Notes under the pieces: model-generated
The model's input: the letters and a program-made list of their open reading frames with translations, nothing else
What the model was told of the DNA's origin: nothing
The model's database searches: none
Shown here: positions 26,803-32,000 of the stretch, one piece after another
Position numbering within the stretch: position 1 is the first letter of the stretch
Layout of the letters: each line of letters starts with the position of its first letter
Position numbers and translations under genes: made by a program
NCBI RefSeq assembly: GCF_000284455.1
Contig: NC_017039.1
Location: 3,120,001 to 3,152,000, forward strand
From: Synechocystis sp. PCC 6803 substr. PCC-P
GTDB taxonomy: Bacteria > Cyanobacteriota > Cyanobacteriia > Cyanobacteriales > Microcystaceae
Reading direction: 5' to 3'
Length of the DNA: 32,000 nt

Positions 26803-29800
26803 TCACTGCACTTTGAACTGTTTAACCGCCTCTTGCAATGACTGGGCCACTGCCAACAGTTCCTTAAAGGTGGCAGATACCCCACTCGCTTCACTGGAGT
26901 TTTTATCCGCAATCTGGGCCACCAGAGCCATGGTCTGGGTCACCGATTCACTGGTTTGGGACTGCTCAATGGCCGCAGAGGTGATCGCTTCCACCAAGCC
27001 ACTAATCTGGGCACTCACCGCCGTAATTTGGTTCAAGCTCCGCCTGGTTTCTTCTACCAATTTGGTTCCCACCACTACCTGTTCGGTGCCCGCTTCCATG
27101 GCATTCACTACTTCATTCGTTTCCGCCTGAATTGTCGCCACCAATTGGGCAATTTCTGCCGTTGCTTCCGCTGATTGCCGTGCCAGGGAACGTACTTCAT
27201 CGGCTACCACCGCAAATCCCCGTCCTTCTTCACCAGCATGGGCGGCTTCAATGGCAGCATTTAGGGCTAGGAGGTTGGTTTGGTCAGCAAAGCTGCCAAT
27301 TAGGTTCACCACTTTGGAGATCTTTTGGGATGATTCCCCCAATCGCTTCACCTGTTTGGCGGTGGCGGCCACCGTTTCCCGAATTGCGACAATGCCATCC
27401 ACGGTGCGGTTCATGGCATCTTCCCCTTGGTCCACCGTTTGGGTCGCCCGTTGTACTGCTGATTCTGCTTGGGCAGCATTTTCTGCCACTGCTTGAATGG
27501 ACTTGTTCATGGCCTGAAGCCGCTCCAGGGCCTCTGCCACATCCAAGGCCTGGCGATTGGCTTGCTGGGCTAGTTGCCGCACTGCCACTTCGTTGGTGTC
27601 GGTGGTCTCAGTAAATTGACTAGCAGCGGTTTGTACTTGGGTTACAATGCGCCGCAGACTTTCAATAGTTGCGTTGTAGGAGTCGGCGATCGTGCCAATT
27701 TCGTCCTCGGTCACGTGGGCTCGGATGGTCAAGTCCCCTCGACTGACAGGGTCTACCTCCATCAGCAGTTCCAAGGCCCGCTTTTGCATTTTTTCACGCA
27801 TTTGTCGTTGTTCTACTTCGGCGATTTTCTGTTGGGCTAAGAGGTCGGAGCGTTCTAAAGCTAGTCCCACCTGCACAGTCAATTGGCCAAATAAATCAAT
27901 TTCATTCTGGTGCCAGTCCCTCGGCCCGGAGCACTGGTGGGCGATGAGTAGTCCCAGCAGATTGCCTTTGTAGTTGATGGGGGCGACAAGGTTGGCTTTG
28001 ACTTCAAAGGGTTTGAGCTGGCCAATGTGGCAGGGGGTCAGGCCGGCGTTGTAAATATCTCGGGTGGCTTGGATACGTCCAGAACGGTATTTTTCTACAT
28101 AACTATCAGCAAAGCAGGGGTCGGCAATGGTGGCCCCCAAGGCTTTGGGATATCCTTCTGCTACCGATTCCACAATTACTGTGCCGGCCCAGGTGGCATC
28201 GAACCGATAGACAATGACCCGGTCTGCTTTGAGCGCCAGACGAATTTCTTGGGCGGCGATGTCAAAAACCTGCTCGCTGTTGATGGCAGCGGAAATTTTC
28301 AGAGTCAATTCTTTAAGGATTTGGGCTTGCTGGGCGCTTTCATTTCTTTCCTGGATCAGGTTGGCCCGGTCCAGGGTGGTTTGTAGTTCTTCGGTCAACT
28401 GCTGAAGAAACTGTCTTTCCCTCATTTCCCACTGGTGGGGACGTTGGCAATGGTGGGCCATGAGCAGGCCGAGGGGGTAGTTATCCCGGTGTAGAGGTAC
28501 GGTCAAGCTCGCTTTGACTTGATGTTGCTCTAACCATTGGCGATGGGGGTTACTGATACTGGCACCGCTGGTGTCATTGATGGCAACGATCTGGGAAGGC
28601 ATATCTTCCTGGCCCCAGGGATGGGGATCTTTGCTGTCAATTAAACCTTGAGTGGTTAAGTCCAAAGCTTGCACTACCATGGCTTCAGGCTGATAGCGGG
28701 GATGGTAGTAAAACACTAGTCGCTCACAACCAAACAAAGCTCTGGCTTGGTCGAGGTTCTTCTGAATTACGCCTTGAATTTCGTCAATGTCGGAAAGGTT
28801 GGCCCGGGATAGTTCGGTCAGCAGTTCTGCTTGTTTAAGGGATAAATCCTGCTGGTGGCGCAATTTCTCCACCTGGGCACTGAGAGCATCAATGGTTTGG
28901 TCGGCGATCGCCAGTTCATCACCGGCCACGGCTAGAGGTTGGTCGAGGTTCCGGTGGGAATGCTTAGCTTTCAAGGCCAGGGCGGTTTGAGCTTTGGTAT
29001 TTTCCCCCACCATCCAGTAGGCAACGAAGGCAGCCCCCACCGCGGTCACCAAAAGCCCAATCAGAATTTGGTCACGGATTTGCTTAGTGGTGGAGTCCTT
29101 GACCTGTTGTTCCGTTTGGGGCACTGGAAGCCTGTCCACACTGCTGAGATTGAGCCCTCCAATCACCCCAGCGGGGATCAAACCAATTAACAGGGCTATC
29201 AACACAGCTTTATTGCGGAGGGAAAGTCCTCCACTTTGGGTAGGTGCCTGGATTGAGGTAGACATCGGACTCAAATTATCCGGGTCGGCGATCGCCATGA
29301 GGGGAGCCAGGGGTTGCATGGGGGGTAACTCCACCTTGGGCAAATTGATCGGGGGCGGCGGGGTCAACTCTACGGCCGATTGGGTCAGTGCGGCCAGGGC
29401 ATCGGTGTCAATGGCGGGGTTGGGGTTAGGGGAAACATCCTCCACGGCGGTATTTTCTGCTATAAAAGCCTCTGCCATGAACTCAGCCCCATCTATCTCC
29501 GGTTCCTCGGTCAAATTTTCCAGGGAAACCAATGTTTTTGCTTGTGTATCTGCCTGGATTCCACGGTCTGCCTCATCCCCGTTGATGTCAGTTTCCTTGC
29601 CATCGCTAAACCAATCCAGGGCATCCCCTACCTCACTTTTATCCTCTCCATCGATGGTGGCAAAAGAAGCGCTGGTTTCCGACGATTCGTCCTGGGCAGC
29701 GGCCGTGTCCGTCAACCCAGTAAAAAGAGCGCCATCAAGGGTCTCGCCATTGGCGACGGATTGGGCAGTGTCAGGACGGCGATCGGAGGAAGGATTTTGG

Positions 29801-29805
29801 GTCAT
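26803..29805 (-). CDS. pixJ: Phototaxis methyl-accepting protein/cyanobacteriochrome photoreceptor (PixJ)
   Basis: 1000-aa ORF: long N-terminal region, two TM segments (about aa 200-219 and 246-265), two GAF domains, HAMP-like region and MCP domain ([49 protein letters not shown]). The second GAF carries DPCF and TPCH motifs. Confidence 0.95.
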   Translation of the reverse strand: MTQNPSSDRRPDTAQSVANGETLDGALFTGLTDTAAAQDESSETSASFATIDGEDKSEVGDALDWFSDGKETDINGDEADRGIQADTQAKTLVSLENLTEEPEIDGAEFMAEAFIAENTAVEDVSPNPNPAIDTDALAALTQSAVELTPPPPINLPKVELPPMQPLAPLMAIADPDNLSPMSTSIQAPTQSGGLSLRNKAVLIALLIGLIPAGVIGGLNLSSVDRLPVPQTEQQVKDSTTKQIRDQILIGLLVTAVGAAFVAYWMVGENTKAQTALALKAKHSHRNLDQPLAVAGDELAIADQTIDALSAQVEKLRHQQDLSLKQAELLTELSRANLSDIDEIQGVIQKNLDQARALFGCERLVFYYHPRYQPEAMVVQALDLTTQGLIDSKDPHPWGQEDMPSQIVAINDTSGASISNPHRQWLEQHQVKASLTVPLHRDNYPLGLLMAHHCQRPHQWEMRERQFLQQLTEELQTTLDRANLIQERNESAQQAQILKELTLKISAAINSEQVFDIAAQEIRLALKADRVIVYRFDATWAGTVIVESVAEGYPKALGATIADPCFADSYVEKYRSGRIQATRDIYNAGLTPCHIGQLKPFEVKANLVAPINYKGNLLGLLIAHQCSGPRDWHQNEIDLFGQLTVQVGLALERSDLLAQQKIAEVEQRQMREKMQKRALELLMEVDPVSRGDLTIRAHVTEDEIGTIADSYNATIESLRRIVTQVQTAASQFTETTDTNEVAVRQLAQQANRQALDVAEALERLQAMNKSIQAVAENAAQAESAVQRATQTVDQGEDAMNRTVDGIVAIRETVAATAKQVKRLGESSQKISKVVNLIGSFADQTNLLALNAAIEAAHAGEEGRGFAVVADEVRSLARQSAEATAEIAQLVATIQAETNEVVNAMEAGTEQVVVGTKLVEETRRSLNQITAVSAQISGLVEAITSAAIEQSQTSESVTQTMALVAQIADKNSSEASGVSATFKELLAVAQSLQEAVKQFKVQ

Positions 29806-30066
29806 GGTTAAAACTTACCAGTTAGGCAACATGGGTAGGGCAGGGTGGACATCAGTACCTCAAGCACGGTAATGGCCCTTGGGTGGAGGTCTACCCTAAA
29901 GTCAAGGCGAGAAACACAAGCACTAAGAAGAAAACCGTAGTTGCTCCAGTCCTAGTTAGCTTGCCGATGGAGCGAGAATTCCAGTCAAAAGTGTAGAAAA
30001 TTTAGCCAATAATTAGCAAACTGATAGGTTGATTAGTTTAATAAATTCAATAAAAATCAATAAAAG

Positions 30067-30645
30067 TTAACTGGAGGCAGCCCGGGGAGTAGTCATCAGA
30101 CGACCCACAATAGCTTGGGCATCCAATACCACATACATTACCCCTGGAGGGCTGACCCAAAATCCCCGCACGTAGGGCGCAAGGTCTGAACCAATGCTGG
30201 CGGCAGGGGGAGATTGAATTTGATCCGTTTCACACCAGGTAATGTCCTTTACCTCTGTGACCACCAGTCCCAACATCTGGTTGCGTTGACCCGGCGATCG
30301 CCTTCGTTGGCTGGGATCAAGGTCGAAGGGGACGCCTCCATTTAAAATGATAACCCGATAGTTGGTACGGGAACCAGATTGGAGGTGCCAAGAGGTTAGC
30401 CCTAAAAAAGCGCCAAAATCAATCACCCAGAGCACGTCTCCCCGCCAATTATGAACCCCCATGGTCCAGGAAGGCATGTGGGGAATGGGGGTGATTTGTC
30501 CCAGGGGCACCGTCAGAATCTCCGTTAACTGAAACAGAGGCAAAATTAAGTTGGTGTCTGGTTCGAGGGTAAATTGCAAAAACTGCTGGCGGGGGACTTG
30601 GATATCACCCAGCATGGTATCAGAGGAAAAGGTGTTGGCTGGCAA
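30067..30645 (-). CDS. pixI: CheW-like phototaxis adaptor (PixI); first codon is TTG, with an alternative ATG at 30615
   Basis: 192 aa: QQFLQFTLEPDTNLILPLFQLTEILTVPLGQITPIPHMPSWTMGVHNWRGDVLWVIDFGAFLGL...NYRVIILN...QMLGLVVTEVKDITW. The VxNWRGxVLWVIDFGxFLGL segment is CheW-like. Located between the pixH and pixJ homologues. Confidence 0.88.
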   Translation of the reverse strand: MPANTFSSDTMLGDIQVPRQQFLQFTLEPDTNLILPLFQLTEILTVPLGQITPIPHMPSWTMGVHNWRGDVLWVIDFGAFLGLTSWHLQSGSRTNYRVIILNGGVPFDLDPSQRRRSPGQRNQMLGLVVTEVKDITWCETDQIQSPPAASIGSDLAPYVRGFWVSPPGVMYVVLDAQAIVGRLMTTPRAASS

Positions 30646-30782
30646 AACAGTTGCTCCTAAAAACCGTCCCAGGGGGGACCGGAAAAATCAATCAGCTTTA
30701 GTAACAGCTAATTCGTCCATCGGCTCGGGCATTGGTTAGCCGGAAAAAATTAACCGGAAAGAAAGCATGGGGGATATAAAGT

Positions 30783-31142
30783 TCAGATAAATTGCTTGAT
30801 TACCGTGTTGAACTCCTCTTGGTCAATGGGTTTAGTAATATAGGCGTCCGCCCCTTGGCGTTTGCCCCAAAATTTATCCATATCCGTGGCCTTAGTGGAA
30901 CAGAGGATTATTGGAATACTTTTAGTCCGGTCTTTGTCTTTCAATTCTCGACAAATTTCAAAACCACTGCGCCCCGGCAGCACAATATCTAAGATAATTA
31001 CGTCCGGCACTGCCTGGGAAAGTTTTTCCAGGGCTTCTTCTCCACTGATGGCGGTGGTGACGTTAATGCCTAGTTTCTGACAAAAATCACTGATAATTGA
31101 ACGTTCTGTAGAGGAATCGTCAATAACAAGTGCGCTGCCCAT
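30783..31142 (-). CDS. pixH: CheY-like single-domain response regulator (PixH)
   Basis: 119 aa: SALVIDDSSTERSIISDFCQKLGINVTTAISGEEALEKLSQAVPDVIILDIVLPGRSGFEICRELKDKDRTKSIPIILCSTKATDMDKFWGKRQGADAYITKPID. Confidence 0.93.
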   Translation of the reverse strand: MGSALVIDDSSTERSIISDFCQKLGINVTTAISGEEALEKLSQAVPDVIILDIVLPGRSGFEICRELKDKDRTKSIPIILCSTKATDMDKFWGKRQGADAYITKPIDQEEFNTVIKQFI

Positions 31143-31279
31143 AATGTTGCCTCAGTGCTTAATTAGTCGAAAAGTGAACGGTAAATAGTAAACAGTTATA
31201 GATCCTAAACCAAACCGCAAAAGTATTGGCCTGGAATCAAGGGAGACTCCACAATTTTCCGGGGCCTCCTTGGGTCAAG

Positions 31280-32000
31280 TTATTCCGCTGGCAGCGATGC
31301 CTGGTCATGGAGATGTTTTTTAATAGTCTGCAAAACCATGTCCGGGTTGACGGGCTTACTTAAAAAATCTGTGGAGCCGACCATTTTGGCCCGCACTCGG
31401 TCAACAATGCCATCATTGCCGGTGAGGATGACAATGGGAGTACTTTTGAAGATGGACAATTTACGCAATTGCCCACAAATTTCGTAGCCATTGGCGTTGG
31501 GCATGACCAAATCGAGGAAAATCAAATCCGGCTTCCGGGCCAGAAGAATGGCGATCGCCCGTAGGGGATCATTGATTCCTACAAACCGATAATTGGCTGT
31601 AGTAAGAATTTTTTCCATGGTTTGGCAGATCAAAGGACTGTCATCCACACAGGCGATCAGGGGACCACTGGGCACATCAGGCTGAGCCACCACGCCCCTC
31701 ACTGGGGGCGCAATGGGCGGGGGCAAATCGGGAATTTTAATCAATTCCACCAACCCCAACTGTAGATAGGGCAACAAAGAAGTGGTCACACTCAGCACAT
31801 CTCGCTTCATCCGCACCGACAAGTCCCGAAGGGACTGATTACCATCCAGCAACTGTTTGAGGGTTTGGTATACCTGGGGAGTGGTGCGTTGCTGTAACTG
31901 TTCCGCCTGACGAATGATAGGGGCCGCATTGGGGGAGCGGTCTGCAATCTTGGCCCCCTGCCATTTGCTCCATAACTGCTGGGATTCCGCAATCATCTGA
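31280..32000 (-). CDS. pixG: PatA/PixG-like response regulator: C-terminal receiver with part of the N-terminal PATAN region; N-terminus beyond the right edge
   Basis: The ORF remains open past the Met at 31996 (upstream codon 31999..31997 is CAG), so it is probably truncated by the window. It contains PLIACVDDSPLICQTMEKILTTANYRFVGINDPLRAIAILLARKPDLIFLDLVMPNANGYEICGQLRK...PIVILTG...SKPV and has the expected position upstream of pixH. Confidence 0.87.
   Translation of the reverse strand, partial: QMIAESQQLWSKWQGAKIADRSPNAAPIIRQAEQLQQRTTPQVYQTLKQLLDGNQSLRDLSVRMKRDVLSVTTSLLPYLQLGLVELIKIPDLPPPIAPPVRGVVAQPDVPSGPLIACVDDSPLICQTMEKILTTANYRFVGINDPLRAIAILLARKPDLIFLDLVMPNANGYEICGQLRKLSIFKSTPIVILTGNDGIVDRVRAKMVGSTDFLSKPVNPDMVLQTIKKHLHDQASLPAE

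Larger units (their letters stand above)
221..31560. repeat. Dispersed HIP1 palindrome (GGCGATCGCC / GCGATCGC)
   Basis: Roughly two dozen occurrences by eye in both genic and intergenic DNA, e.g. starting near 221, 568, 1700, 3729, 14753, 15584, 16634, 18285, 20955, 21276, 22902, 25515, 28906 and 31551. The interval gives first-to-last extent, not a continuous array. Confidence 0.9.

Noticed and set aside
27132-27614. 160-aa plus-strand ORF
   Set aside because: Antisense to the pixJ MCP domain; no independent coding evidence.
29087-29872. 261-aa plus-strand ORF
   Set aside because: Fully antisense to the N-terminal part of pixJ, which has recognisable domains. Composition looks like a mirror-frame ORF with no recognisable motifs.
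221-31560. GGCGATCGCC repeats as a CRISPR or regulatory array
   Set aside because: Irregular spacing and occurrence inside coding and non-coding DNA fit the known dispersed HIP1 palindrome of cyanobacteria. No direct-repeat/spacer structure is present.

Overview
Chromosomal window from a unicellular cyanobacterium. The proteins and frequent GGCGATCGCC (HIP1) palindromes match my recollection of Synechocystis sp. PCC 6803, but no database was available to confirm this. Nearly all genes lie on the minus strand. (1) Partial mraY at the left edge, followed by an MscS-like channel on the plus strand. (2) A co-directional set nifJ (pyruvate:ferredoxin/flavodoxin oxidoreductase) - two DUF29 proteins - a DHODH-like flavoprotein - a second-type phosphofructokinase. 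(3) A Uma2/DUF820 protein, a fused modBC, modA, and a large Wzy/O-antigen-ligase-like TPR membrane protein. (4) A GAF protein with a degenerate GGDEF domain, psb30/ycf12, a YkgJ-like cysteine-cluster protein, sucrose-phosphate synthase with a catalytically degraded phosphatase-like domain, and a hypothetical protein. (5) A phototaxis/chemotaxis operon: pixG (partial) - pixH - pixI - pixJ (DXCF cyanobacteriochrome MCP) - an orphan MCP signalling-domain protein - pixL (hybrid CheA with a duplicated HPt module) - an extra CheW-like protein. I found no CRISPR array, transposon, rRNA or convincing tRNA, and no clearly undescribed multi-gene system. The most interesting leads are the internal HPt-module duplication in PixL, the orphan MCP hairpin and second CheW attached to the pix operon, the DUF29 pair plus DHODH-like protein in the nifJ/pfkA cluster, and several degraded or mixed active-site motifs.
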